Assembly (NCBI GenBank): GCA_043797265.1
Contig: JAZDPV010000003.1
Span: forward strand, 1-37,556
Origin: an archaeon
GTDB lineage: Archaea; Nanobdellota; Nanobdellia; Pacearchaeales; GW2011-AR1
Reading direction: 5' to 3'
DNA: 37,556 bases
In this document: positions 1-9,679 of the stretch, in pieces
Numbering within the stretch: the first letter of the stretch is position 1
Layout: the number at the start of each line of letters is the position of its first letter
The notes under the pieces: model-generated
Told to the model about the DNA's origin: nothing
The model's input: the letters and a program-made list of their open reading frames with translations, nothing else
Database searches by the model: none
Program-made: the position numbers and the translations under genes

Positions 1-444
1 GCTTTTCGCCGGCAAATTCGCCGTCGACGTCACCGAGCCCTCTTTCTCCGCCCCGTTCTTCCCGACAAAAATCGGCGAAGCAGCGACGCTGTCCGGCACC
101 CCGTAACCCGACAAGTCAAAAGCGTAAACTTTCGTCTGCCCCGAATTCGGCGCAACCACCGTCGACGAAACCGAATTCCCGTCAATCGAAAACGAAACTT
201 TAATCCGCCCCATCACCCCCTCGTCAACCTCCCTCTTAACCTGCACCGTCGCAACCTCCCGCACCGGATCATAAACCGTGTAACCCCCCGACGACAAAAC
301 GCTCACCCGCCCATCTAAATCCTGAAAATCAAAACTTTCCCGAATCATCGGCACAATCCCAACCCAAATTATCGAAACCCCCGCGACCGTTATCAAAATT
401 ATCAACACCGTCGCGACAATCGCCGAAATCCCTTTTTTATCCAT
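1..444 (-). CDS. Archaeal type IV pilin/archaellin-like protein with class III signal peptide (3' end runs off the window)
   Basis: Manual translation from ATG at 444: MDKKG|ISAIVATVLIILITVAGVSIIWVGIVPMI..., i.e. a KKG cleavage motif followed by a hydrophobic helix. Frame is open to base 1; GGAGG upstream. Confidence 0.8.
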   Translation of the reverse strand, partial: MDKKGISAIVATVLIILITVAGVSIIWVGIVPMIRESFDFQDLDGRVSVLSSGGYTVYDPVREVATVQVKREVDEGVMGRIKVSFSIDGNSVSSTVVAPNSGQTKVYAFDLSGYGVPDSVAASPIFVGKNGAEKEGSVTSTANLPAKS

Positions 445-482
445 CTTTATTTACTCTAATCCTCCAAAAAAATCCGTGTTAG

Positions 483-705
483 TTAGCATGCCCCAACCTA
501 TTTGAACTATTAATTTGCGAGGGCACCGCGTTAGTCCGTGTGCTAATTTTCTTCCCATACAAAGTCGCCCATCACCTCGCGAAACGCATCCCCTTTTTCA
601 TAAAACCCATCAACAAACAAACTATTTAAAATTAACCAATAAAAAATTAGCATGCCCCAACCAATTTAAAATATAAATAAGTGAGGGCACCGTGTCAATC
701 CATGT
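483..705. repeat. Imperfect 59-bp direct repeat (483-541 and 647-705) upstream of the pilin gene
   Basis: ttagcatgccccaacc...gagggcaccg...tcc.tgt; 48/59 identical without gaps; internal tgccc/gggca inverted repeat. Confidence 0.8.
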
Positions 706-753
706 CCATTCACAAACCAATTATTTCCCGCCCTACCATCTACCCCCTACAAC

Positions 754-1359
754 CTAACTCCTCAACTCCACAAAAACTTTCTCGCTTCTGACATAATACT
801 CAATCAACTCGACCTTCAACGGAATTAATTTTACATAACATTTATCTTTGGAATAAACCCGAATCTCCAGCCCCGTCGCCAATTCAGTCACGACAACATC
901 ATTTTTATCTCGAACCCCCGGCGCATCAATTTCATAAACAATTCTATCAGCCAATCTCCGAACTTTCGATTCGGCCTCAATCTTTTTCAGACCCATTCTT
1001 CGTCTGCCTTCCTCATCCGAAATCCTAACAATTTCCCTTTTCTTCTTCGGCGCCTCACGAACAACCTGTCTCATCTGCGGACGCCCCCGGACAATATTAA
1101 TTCTAATCCCCTTCGGCATCCCGTCAAAATTCATGTTCCCCATTTGCTTCTCCAACTGCTTCACCAGAGAACCCATAATCTTCTCCATCCCAAATGGCAA
1201 CTTTTGTTCAATTCCCACATCGTCCCCAAAGTCATCTTCCCCCAGCATCCCAAAATCATCCTTCTCCCGTCGCGCCTTGAACGACTCCCCACAGTAAGGA
1301 CAAAAATTAAATTTCCTGTCAACCTTCCTCGCGCACGACACACATTTCCTCTTGAACAT
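754..1359 (-). CDS. N-terminal zinc-ribbon protein with C-terminal Hsp20/alpha-crystallin-like domain
   Basis: CxxC...CPYCG at the N-terminus; the C-terminal YEIDAPGV...VVVTELATGLEIRV resembles the sHSP beta-sandwich. Confidence 0.6.
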   Translation of the reverse strand: MFKRKCVSCARKVDRKFNFCPYCGESFKARREKDDFGMLGEDDFGDDVGIEQKLPFGMEKIMGSLVKQLEKQMGNMNFDGMPKGIRINIVRGRPQMRQVVREAPKKKREIVRISDEEGRRRMGLKKIEAESKVRRLADRIVYEIDAPGVRDKNDVVVTELATGLEIRVYSKDKCYVKLIPLKVELIEYYVRSEKVFVELRS

Positions 1360-1408
1360 CCCGACAAAAACAATTCCTCCTATTTAAATTTCACTATCTC
1401 TCACCATA

Positions 1409-2836
1409 TTAAACATAGTGTTCAACCTTCCCGGCCAAATGCCCAAGATAATGAACATCTCGGACAATCCCCTGCACCGGCCTAAATTCTCGAATCAAAT
1501 AGTGCGACGAAAATTTCCCAACGTGCCTGACCTCTCTCAAAAACTTCAAACCAACAATGGCAACTAACATCCGTCCGACAGCCGAAACAGCGAATATAAA
1601 CAAAATAGAATTCATAAACGAAACATTAATCCACGCCAGCAACGAACCCAAACTCGCCCCGACAAACATTCCAATCCCGACAATCAAATTCATGTAAGTC
1701 AAACCAAAACTCCTCTTCGGCCCGCTCACCGCATCATAAACATAATTATTCACAGCCAAATTATAACCAGCCCAGCCAAATCCGCCAACAATCGACGGCA
1801 CTATCAACAAATAAAATCTCATCATCAATCCATCCCCAATCAGCGTCGACATAATCCACAGCAACGGCGTTATCGCAATAGCCCAGGAGCAAATCGTCAC
1901 CAGCCGAACATTCCCAAACCTGTCAGACACTTTCCCGAGCAAAGGCAAAAAAATCAACTGAAAAATAATCGACGAAACCGTCACCAGCATAAACCAGACA
2001 TAAGAAAATCCCAAATCTCTCAACATGTAAACCGCCCAGAACGGACCGGCAATAGCGACGACAAAATTCAAAATTCCCACAAACAAACTAAACCGACCAA
2101 ACGGAGTCTCACGAGATTTTTTCAAGAATTGCCAAAACGAAAAATAATCCCGCTTCCTAATTTTAATCCTCGGCTCATATTGATTCCTCAGCAAATTCAA
2201 CGACCAAATTCTAACCAAGGCCGAAAAAACAAAAAGCAAACCGAACCCAAGCAAAGTAAACCCGGCGACATTCCCATAATTAATTCCAACACCCTTAAAC
2301 GTGTCAAGCACAATCGCCCCGACAATCATCGTCAACACGCCAAAAAATCCCGCCGCCCGATTTCTCCTCGAAAAATATTTCCCACGTCTCTCCTCGGGAA
2401 CAAGCGAACCCATCCATGAAAACCACGCCGGATGGGAAATCGCAGTCAGCACATAAAACAAACTAACAAGCCCGATAAAAACCCAAACCATATGAGAAAC
2501 ACCCAGATAAAACAAAAGCCCCGTCAGAAGAATCGGAATCCAAAGCAAAATTTTCCCAAGCACGCCGCCCAAAACCAATTTCTTCCTCGAAAATTTCTCA
2601 AGCAACTTGGCCGTCTTCAATTGCACAATGCTCGGCAACAAACTCGTGATAGCATACAAAATCCCAACCTGCGTCGACGTCGCATTCATAGCCAAGGCAA
2701 ACGGCGAAAAATAAGACAACCCGAATCCAGACGACACCGAATCCAACGACCCTTCGCGCACACTCAACTCTAAACTTTTGTCAACTTTTTTAGCGACGAT
2801 AGGATGATTAATACTAACTTCTTTCCCCTTTTTCAT
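1409..2836 (-). CDS. MFS transporter
   Basis: About 12 hydrophobic segments, MFS motif A-like GKVSDRFG, and VPEERRGKYFS. Start placed at MKKGK because a TATA-like ttttaaaa lies about 24 nt upstream (ORF track start 2857). Confidence 0.85.
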   Translation of the reverse strand: MKKGKEVSINHPIVAKKVDKSLELSVREGSLDSVSSGFGLSYFSPFALAMNATSTQVGILYAITSLLPSIVQLKTAKLLEKFSRKKLVLGGVLGKILLWIPILLTGLLFYLGVSHMVWVFIGLVSLFYVLTAISHPAWFSWMGSLVPEERRGKYFSRRNRAAGFFGVLTMIVGAIVLDTFKGVGINYGNVAGFTLLGFGLLFVFSALVRIWSLNLLRNQYEPRIKIRKRDYFSFWQFLKKSRETPFGRFSLFVGILNFVVAIAGPFWAVYMLRDLGFSYVWFMLVTVSSIIFQLIFLPLLGKVSDRFGNVRLVTICSWAIAITPLLWIMSTLIGDGLMMRFYLLIVPSIVGGFGWAGYNLAVNNYVYDAVSGPKRSFGLTYMNLIVGIGMFVGASLGSLLAWINVSFMNSILFIFAVSAVGRMLVAIVGLKFLREVRHVGKFSSHYLIREFRPVQGIVRDVHYLGHLAGKVEHYV

Positions 2837-2924
2837 CCAATCTTCAAGCCAAAACATTTTAAAAACATAACTATGTTAAAGGAAAGTTGGTAAGAAAACC
2901 TTGGTTTTCTTACAAAAACAATCA

Positions 2925-2995
2925 GCGCGAGTAGTATAGTGGCCGTATGTAAGCTTCCCAAGCTTGAGACCCGGGTTCGATTCCCGGCCCGCGCA
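2925..2995 (+). tRNA. tRNA-Gly (CCC)
   Basis: Acceptor GCGCGAG/CCCGCGC+A (one A.C mismatch), anticodon arm TAAGC-TTCCCAA-GCTTG, T-arm CCGGG-TTCGATT-CCCGG; CCA not encoded. Confidence 0.92.
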
Positions 2996-3096
2996 TAAAT
3001 CTGGAATCGAACCGTTCGATTCGAACAAAACGCTTTGAGAAAAACAAATTCTAAATATCTTTTTCGAAATGCATTTTGTGAGCAGGCCCGCGCATA
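2986..3096. repeat. 12-bp duplication of the tRNA-Gly 3' end flanking an ~87-bp palindrome-containing insert
   Basis: ggcccgcgcata at 2986-2997 and 3085-3096; gaatcgaa-ccg-ttcgattc hairpin between them. Confidence 0.65.
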
Positions 3097-3119
3097 CACT
3101 TCCTTTTATTTCTACAAAA

Positions 3120-6100
3120 TTATTTTGAAAGAACAACCTGTCCGGTAATATCACCCTTGCTTTCCCAAATCCCTTCTTCCACCCCATCATTCTCCACAAT
3201 ATTTTCTCCTTCACCAGCAGGCCCCTTATCTTCCCCTTCCCCCATCATCGAAAAAAACTTCTTAAATAATTTCTTCATATCACCCTCGGATTCAGACGGA
3301 ATAAATTTAGCAGAATTCACTATGCTTCTTATTTTGAAATACATTTTCGCCCCATTAACCATATCTTTTATTTTTTGCACTGGCTGCATTTTCCTGTCCC
3401 ACGGAGGACTCTCTATCATCTCCCCTCTCATTTCTTTTTCCTGCGAGTAAATTAACTCATAAATTTTTTCAAAATCAATTTCAGCAACCACATCTTTTTC
3501 ACCAACCTCTTCCGGAAGCATCGGCGTCATTTTTATTATATCATCCTCATTAACCTCCACATAAAGATTAAATATTATTTCATTGTTCTCTAAATTTTTA
3601 AACTGAACAACAGCATCCAAGCTCCCCCCATATTTTTTTGCTATTGTTCTTATCATCCTCATGAATTTTTCATCCTGCTTTATCATCTCCTTTTCTTCCG
3701 CCGTCATTCCCTCTTCATTCTTTCTTTCCATTTTATCCTCGGGAGAACCCGGAAACTCATGTTCCTTCATGGCTTTTTTCATTTCATATTCAATAAATTC
3801 CTTGGAAGGAAAAATCCACGTCTTCATATAAGGAGAAATAATAGTCACCTCCTCTTCCATCCCCGGCATTTTAACCACGTTCATCTCTTCCCAATATTCT
3901 AATTTCCCATATTCCGTTTCATATTTTATATTAATCAGATTTGGACTCATAACATCATTTATGTCATTTTTATCCAAGCATTTCATTCTAAATGCAAGTT
4001 CTCTTTGGCTATCAACATTTTTCCAATAAAGTTCAAAAATACCAGAAACAGCCTGCTCCCAATTTTCAGCCGAATTAGCGAGGTAATCTTCAAAAAACCA
4101 TTTTGCAAATTCCTGATTAAATCCTTTTTCAAATTCCTCCCTTTGTTTTATGAAATTTTGCAATTCAAACTTACACCAGTCAGCATTCCCACCAGAATAA
4201 TATTTATTTTTTAAAGGCTGTATTCTCTCAAAAGGATCTCCCCACCCACCAAACCAAATAAATCCTTCTGTTTTCCCCTTGGCTGTCCTGCAGTTTCCCC
4301 CCGCTTCAAATCCTCCCGCTTGTTCTTTAAACTCCTCTTTGTTTTCAAATTCTTTCCACCAGTCTTCTTCGCCCTTCATGCATTTTTCAACACAATCACT
4401 TTCCGGTTTGCAGGTTCCTTCACATTTTTTGCTTTCCTTGTCTATATCACATTCCATTTTTTCCCCACATTCCTCTCTAATACATTTTTCAACACATGGT
4501 CTATTGCAATCCTGACCACATCTTTGTTTTTGTTCCTCGTCCCTTCTCTCGTTTTCTTCTTCCCTCTCGTCGTCCCTATTATCTTCAAAATTTTCCATCG
4601 GCTGTTGATTATCTTGGGGCATTTGTTGTTCTTGTGGTTGATTTTGCCCGTCATCTTGGCTTGGTTCAGACTCGTCTGTTTCTTCCTGGCCCGTATCTTC
4701 TGATGTAGAGATTGTCTGTGTTTCTCCCTCCTCAACTTCAAAACCAGTAATGGCCGCCCCCGTAATTCTAATCCTCGACGACAATCCTCTAAAAAAAGAA
4801 AAAATAACATTTCCAGTTATGGGTTCCGAATTTTCATTTGTTGATTCAGTTTCTTGCGGAGAATTTTCTTCAGATTCAGAAGATGATTTCGAATCTTCAC
4901 CTATCGATTCTGCTTCCGGCTGAGAGCTTTCTTCTGTTTGTGTAGCCTCAGTTTCTTGGCCTGTTTGTTCTTCTTCAACTTCATTTGTATCAGACCCTTC
5001 TATAACATTTTCTTCTTCTCTAACTTCTATTCTTTCAGGAATTGTAACACATTGCCCATTACTGCAGACATCATTTTCTCCCCCGCAATCTGACAAACCA
5101 TCACACTGATTTCCAACAACCTCTTCAACGATAACTTCTTCTTCAACCCCTTCTCCTATTCCCTCTCCACTAACTCCTGCGCAAACAATCCCAGTATCCA
5201 CCCACAATCCATTTGAACACGAACTAAAAACAATACTTTCTCCCGATTCGCAATTCATAGTTTTTTGCGTTCCATCTGTGCACTCTTGTTCAGAACATTC
5301 GCTTAATTCTTTGACCTGGCATTTCCCCTCGACGCACTCTCCACTGCCACATAAAAATTTGCAATCTTCATTTACATTACAAGTTTGTTCTTCTATACAA
5401 ATTGGTTCTAGCGGGCAGTTGTTTTTATCTTTCCCCTTGAAAATAACTTTTCCAGAACATTCAATTGGCGCATGTTGAGGGCACAACGAGCAATCTTCTG
5501 CGCAAGTTTCAATTGTTTCATTCTCCTCGCAAACATGATTCCCGCATATAACTTCTTTTATTTTTATCTTCACTTCTTTTGCCTTGCACTCCCCCGCAAT
5601 GCAATAAAAATCAACTTCAACTTCTTCCGTCCCGTTCCCATCAACCACACTACTTATTCCCTTTCCGCAAATTTTCCCCCCGCACTGGTCATCATCGCAA
5701 TCTATTTTTTCATCCTGATTATCATCCTGATTATTATTGCATATCTCCTCTTCTTTCTCTCTAAATAATTCTATTAATCTTTTTTTGAATTCTACTTGCA
5801 CAAAAGAATATTCCTTTTTATCATAACCAGAAAATAAATTCAAATAGAATTGCTTTCTTTCTTCATAATTTTGTTTTCTTAATACCTTTTCCTGCTTCCT
5901 TCTTTCCTGGTCTTGCTTTATCCAATAATAAGGATCGTTCTTCTCTTCTAATTGTTTATTATTTTCTTTTATCATATTCCCCGTAATAAAACCCCCAGTT
6001 ATTACATTTTCAACTACATTATTATCGTCGGTATTTATCCCTCCATCTGTATTTTCAACAACAACATTATTTTGATTATTTTCTTTAGAAACCTTATTTT

Positions 6101-7226
6101 CAACTACTGTCCTGCCTTGAACATCACTTTGTTGCTCAATCTCTTTCCACACATCATTTGCCTTCTGATTCCAGGCTTCATTAATCGCCCAGATTTTCTG
6201 TTTTATATTATTAGCCTCTTTCCAATTTTGCTCTTCAGCGGCATTTTTATAAGAATCTAACAATCTAATAATTTCTGATTCATAGTACTCCACATCCTTA
6301 TCTTTAAACCGGTCAAAAGAAATCATTTCACCACCTTCTTCCATTTTTGGCATAGGTCCTCTCGTTTCCAACCATAAATCAAGATTAATCCAATTCCACT
6401 CACAATCGTCGCACATCTCCAATCTTGCAATCACCTCAAACTTATCTCCTTCATAAAAACTAATTTCCTGAACAATCATATTCTGATTCGGCATTTGACT
6501 TTCACTCCCAAAAACACTTGACATTAAATCCTCGCACTTGCCCTGGTTCTGTCTGAAATAACTTTCAAATGTTCTTTCTGCATTCACCGTTTCTTTAGCC
6601 AGAATCTCTGCGTTTGCCTGAGAACTATCTGAATTAAAATCTTCAGCCAAATTTTTTATCTCCTTTATTTTCCCTTCAATATCCAACTGCTCCTCAGGTT
6701 TTTTGAATTCTATCCAGAAATTAAGCCGATAAATCAAGTCCCCTTCCTCAACAGAATCCCCACCAAATTTCTCTCCCATTTCTTTATCGGTTCCATCACC
6801 AAATTGTTTCTTTGTAAAAATTGAAGGAAAAGCGTCCAAACTAATTTGTATTTTTTTTCCATCAAACACAATTTTTTTCCATACAGGGACGGAAAAATCA
6901 AGTTTTTTATCCTGTTCTTCTCCTTCTGCCCAAACCCATTTTGTTTCTTCAGTGGCTTCCCCCAAAACACTTTTAATCTGTTCCTGTTTCAAAACTCCCC
7001 CCATCTCCATTCCCGTCGCCCCTAAAATCTCATTCAAATTTTGTCTCGACGCAGAAATATAAACCAAAAGTTTTACATAATCAATATTCCCCGTCTCATA
7101 CTCTTCTGCATAATGTGTCACTTTTTTTATTTCAGATTCAGCAGAATTTGAAATCGCAAGAACATTATTCATTAAAAACAAAGATAAAACCAAACCAACC
7201 AGCACAACAAACACCACTCTCTTCAT
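3120..7226 (-). CDS. Large secreted/surface protein, acidic and Cys-rich (1368 aa)
   Basis: N-terminal signal peptide; Cys-rich modules (EICNNNQDDNQDEKIDCDDDQC, CGNHVCEENE..CAEDC); E/S/Q-rich linkers. Confidence 0.75.
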   Translation of the reverse strand: MKRVVFVVLVGLVLSLFLMNNVLAISNSAESEIKKVTHYAEEYETGNIDYVKLLVYISASRQNLNEILGATGMEMGGVLKQEQIKSVLGEATEETKWVWAEGEEQDKKLDFSVPVWKKIVFDGKKIQISLDAFPSIFTKKQFGDGTDKEMGEKFGGDSVEEGDLIYRLNFWIEFKKPEEQLDIEGKIKEIKNLAEDFNSDSSQANAEILAKETVNAERTFESYFRQNQGKCEDLMSSVFGSESQMPNQNMIVQEISFYEGDKFEVIARLEMCDDCEWNWINLDLWLETRGPMPKMEEGGEMISFDRFKDKDVEYYESEIIRLLDSYKNAAEEQNWKEANNIKQKIWAINEAWNQKANDVWKEIEQQSDVQGRTVVENKVSKENNQNNVVVENTDGGINTDDNNVVENVITGGFITGNMIKENNKQLEEKNDPYYWIKQDQERRKQEKVLRKQNYEERKQFYLNLFSGYDKKEYSFVQVEFKKRLIELFREKEEEICNNNQDDNQDEKIDCDDDQCGGKICGKGISSVVDGNGTEEVEVDFYCIAGECKAKEVKIKIKEVICGNHVCEENETIETCAEDCSLCPQHAPIECSGKVIFKGKDKNNCPLEPICIEEQTCNVNEDCKFLCGSGECVEGKCQVKELSECSEQECTDGTQKTMNCESGESIVFSSCSNGLWVDTGIVCAGVSGEGIGEGVEEEVIVEEVVGNQCDGLSDCGGENDVCSNGQCVTIPERIEVREEENVIEGSDTNEVEEEQTGQETEATQTEESSQPEAESIGEDSKSSSESEENSPQETESTNENSEPITGNVIFSFFRGLSSRIRITGAAITGFEVEEGETQTISTSEDTGQEETDESEPSQDDGQNQPQEQQMPQDNQQPMENFEDNRDDEREEENERRDEEQKQRCGQDCNRPCVEKCIREECGEKMECDIDKESKKCEGTCKPESDCVEKCMKGEEDWWKEFENKEEFKEQAGGFEAGGNCRTAKGKTEGFIWFGGWGDPFERIQPLKNKYYSGGNADWCKFELQNFIKQREEFEKGFNQEFAKWFFEDYLANSAENWEQAVSGIFELYWKNVDSQRELAFRMKCLDKNDINDVMSPNLINIKYETEYGKLEYWEEMNVVKMPGMEEEVTIISPYMKTWIFPSKEFIEYEMKKAMKEHEFPGSPEDKMERKNEEGMTAEEKEMIKQDEKFMRMIRTIAKKYGGSLDAVVQFKNLENNEIIFNLYVEVNEDDIIKMTPMLPEEVGEKDVVAEIDFEKIYELIYSQEKEMRGEMIESPPWDRKMQPVQKIKDMVNGAKMYFKIRSIVNSAKFIPSESEGDMKKLFKKFFSMMGEGEDKGPAGEGENIVENDGVEEGIWESKGDITGQVVLSK

Positions 7227-7358
7227 AAAATAAACAAATAAACAAAGTTAATAAACTTAATTATCAATTTAACACCAACGACAAATCATCACAAACCCAG
7301 AGGAATTATCCAGTTTATACATCGTTAACCTTATTAAGATATATTCTTTCTCAAAATT

Positions 7359-8759
7359 ATGAAACAAAAATTTTACGTAACAACGCCGATATATTACCCG
7401 AACGACGTCCCTCACATCGGGCACGCATACACAACCATAGCGGCAGACGTCCTCGCGCGCTGGCACAAACTCCAAGGCGACGAAGTTTTCTTTCTAACCG
7501 GAACCGACGACCACGGAAAAAAAATTGCCGAAGCCGCACAAAAAACAGGCAAGTCCCCCAAAAAATTCACCGACGACCTAATTCCAAAATTCAAAGACGC
7601 CTGGGAAAAACTAAACATCAACTACGACAGATTCATAAGAACAACCGACCCCGACCACGAAAAAATCGTTCAGGAAATCCTCCAAAAAGTTTACAACAAC
7701 GGCGACATTTACAAGGGCGAATACGAAGGATTCTATTGCACCGGTTGTGAAGCATACTACACCGAAAAAGACCTCGAAGACGGCAACTGCCCAATCCATA
7801 AAACAAAAATCGAAAAACTAAAAGAAGAAACCTACTTCTTCAAACTTTCAAAATATCAGGACAAGCTTTTAAAACTTTACGAAAAAAATCCAAAATTTAT
7901 TTTACCAAAACACCGACGTCAAGAAATTATTAACAGAGTAAAAGAAGGACTAAAAGATTTGAGCATTTCAAGAAACTCGTTCGATTGGGGAATAAAACTC
8001 CCATTCGACAAATCACACATAGCATACGTTTGGTTCGACGCGCTCTTCAATTATTATTCCGCGACAAGACAAAAAGGAAAAGAAAAATTCTGGCCCGCAG
8101 ACGTCAACCTAATCGGCAAAGACATTCTCTGGTTCCACACCGTATACTGGCCGGCATTCCTAATGTCAGCAGGAATCGAACCGCCAAAATCAGTTTACGC
8201 TCACGGATGGTGGACATTCAATAAAGAAAAAATTTCAAAGTCACGTGGAAAAGTAATCAACGTCGACGAACTAATTAAAATCGCAGGAGTCGACTCGGCA
8301 AGATATTTTCTATTTAGAGAATCATCATTTGGCGAAGACGGCGACTTCTCAGAGAAAGCATTAATTGACCGTCACAACAACGAACTCGCGAACAAGCTCG
8401 GCAATCTCATCTCGCGAACCTCGGCTCTCGTCGAGAAACATGATATCGAAAAAATCCCAAACACACTACTAAAAAAATCAGACCTAAAAAAAATAAATAC
8501 CTATATACAAAATTTTGAACTCGACAAAGCCCTCAATGAAATCTTCGCCTTCATCGACACCTGCAACGAATTTATCCAAGCCAAAAAACCATGGGAGACA
8601 AAAGACAAAAAAGTTCTCTATCAACTCGTCAATTCAATCCGCCAAATCGCAAAACTCCTCTCCCCATTCATTCCCGAGTCCGCAGAAAAAATCTCAAAAA
8701 TTTTCGAAACAGACAAAATTAAAAAAGCCCCAATACTATTCAACAAAATAATTCAGTAG
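7359..8759 (+). CDS. metG: Methionyl-tRNA synthetase (short form, no C-terminal OB domain)
   Basis: YVTTPIYYPND.PHIGHAY, GTDDHG, zinc knuckle CTGC...CPIH, YVWFDAL, KISKS (KMSKS-like). Confidence 0.96.
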   Translation: MKQKFYVTTPIYYPNDVPHIGHAYTTIAADVLARWHKLQGDEVFFLTGTDDHGKKIAEAAQKTGKSPKKFTDDLIPKFKDAWEKLNINYDRFIRTTDPDHEKIVQEILQKVYNNGDIYKGEYEGFYCTGCEAYYTEKDLEDGNCPIHKTKIEKLKEETYFFKLSKYQDKLLKLYEKNPKFILPKHRRQEIINRVKEGLKDLSISRNSFDWGIKLPFDKSHIAYVWFDALFNYYSATRQKGKEKFWPADVNLIGKDILWFHTVYWPAFLMSAGIEPPKSVYAHGWWTFNKEKISKSRGKVINVDELIKIAGVDSARYFLFRESSFGEDGDFSEKALIDRHNNELANKLGNLISRTSALVEKHDIEKIPNTLLKKSDLKKINTYIQNFELDKALNEIFAFIDTCNEFIQAKKPWETKDKKVLYQLVNSIRQIAKLLSPFIPESAEKISKIFETDKIKKAPILFNKIIQ

Positions 8760-8783
8760 TCTTTCTTAAGAAGTAACAAAATA

Positions 8784-8797
8784 GAAAAGTTTATAAA
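8784..8797 (+). promoter_or_regulatory. BRE-TATA promoter of the DGR target gene
   Basis: gaaaag-tttataaa about 22 nt upstream of ATG 8819 (leaderless archaeal geometry). Confidence 0.55.
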
Positions 8798-8818
8798 TTA
8801 AAAAATTCTAGATTTCTT

Positions 8819-9655
8819 ATGATAGAATTAGGAACAATGCCAATAATTCAAGTGCCAGAACAAAAATTCGGCTTTTGTAGTCGCCCAGACTTAGCAGGAA
8901 AAACATTCTTCGAAGCATTCAAAGAAGAACTAAAACAATACGACCCAGAAGTCCTCAAGAAGGCATTAAACGGAGAATTTCACTTCGACAGCGACGGAAC
9001 ATTAAGGGGTTCAAATTTCCCCCTCGTCGTTTTAATGAATTATAAAAATCTCTTCCCAGAAGGCGAACATCTTTTATCAATCACAGAATTCGGTCAAGCA
9101 TTTAACAAAAACCCAGAAGCTTTCAAAGGAATATATGTAGACACTGGAATTGTGGCGAGGACAGCAAACGATTATTTTTCAGAAAATATATTAAAACAAA
9201 TAAAAGCAAGAGGAAAAACACCAATCCCAGAAGAACCAATAGTAATATCCAACACAGACCTAATACCAATACAAGATAAAAAATCCCGTTGCGGATTTGT
9301 CTATAAAATAAAAGACAGAGATGGCGAAGAATTAATACTAGCCCCAGCATACGGAACAGCAGAATCCACAACAAGATTCACATTCTATGATGCAAAAGGA
9401 ATTGCAATCCCATGTGAGAATGGAAAACACATAATTTATAAAAGAAATTCCGGCGTGTCGGGGGTTTGTTCCGACGGCCAGGTCGCGTTCTCGAACTACG
9501 GGCTTTTGGCGGACTCGTGCAGCGACGGCAGGGTAGCGGTGGGGGATGCCAATGTTCCGCAAAACATTATTGAAATAAAAAAGTTAGTTAAGCAAGAAGA
9601 AGGAAGAAGAGCGGCAACAAAAAAAGATTTGGAAGAAAGAATAGCAAAATTATAA
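8819..9655 (+). CDS. DGR target (variable) protein, probable C-type-lectin-like fold, 278 aa
   Basis: Contains the VR encoding SGVSGVCSDGQVAFSNYGLLADSCSDGRVA, followed by a ~38-aa charged helical tail. The fold is inferred from other DGR targets. Confidence 0.88.
   Translation: MIELGTMPIIQVPEQKFGFCSRPDLAGKTFFEAFKEELKQYDPEVLKKALNGEFHFDSDGTLRGSNFPLVVLMNYKNLFPEGEHLLSITEFGQAFNKNPEAFKGIYVDTGIVARTANDYFSENILKQIKARGKTPIPEEPIVISNTDLIPIQDKKSRCGFVYKIKDRDGEELILAPAYGTAESTTRFTFYDAKGIAIPCENGKHIIYKRNSGVSGVCSDGQVAFSNYGLLADSCSDGRVAVGDANVPQNIIEIKKLVKQEEGRRAATKKDLEERIAKL
9451..9537 (+). repeat. DGR variable repeat (VR)
   Basis: Ungapped 87-nt match to 9800-9886; 15 differences, all opposite TR adenines. Confidence 0.95.
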
Positions 9656-9679
9656 AAATATAAAATTACTCAAAAAATT

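Noticed and set aside
483-705. Second TR/VR pair (8 of 11 mismatches have A in the second copy)
   Set aside because: Three mismatches are not at adenines, most A differences lie in an AT-rich loop, neither copy is in a long ORF and it is unrelated to the TR.
2925-7226. Prophage or integrative island at tRNA-Gly
   Set aside because: No integrase or viral genes; the tRNA-end duplication encloses only ~87 bp.
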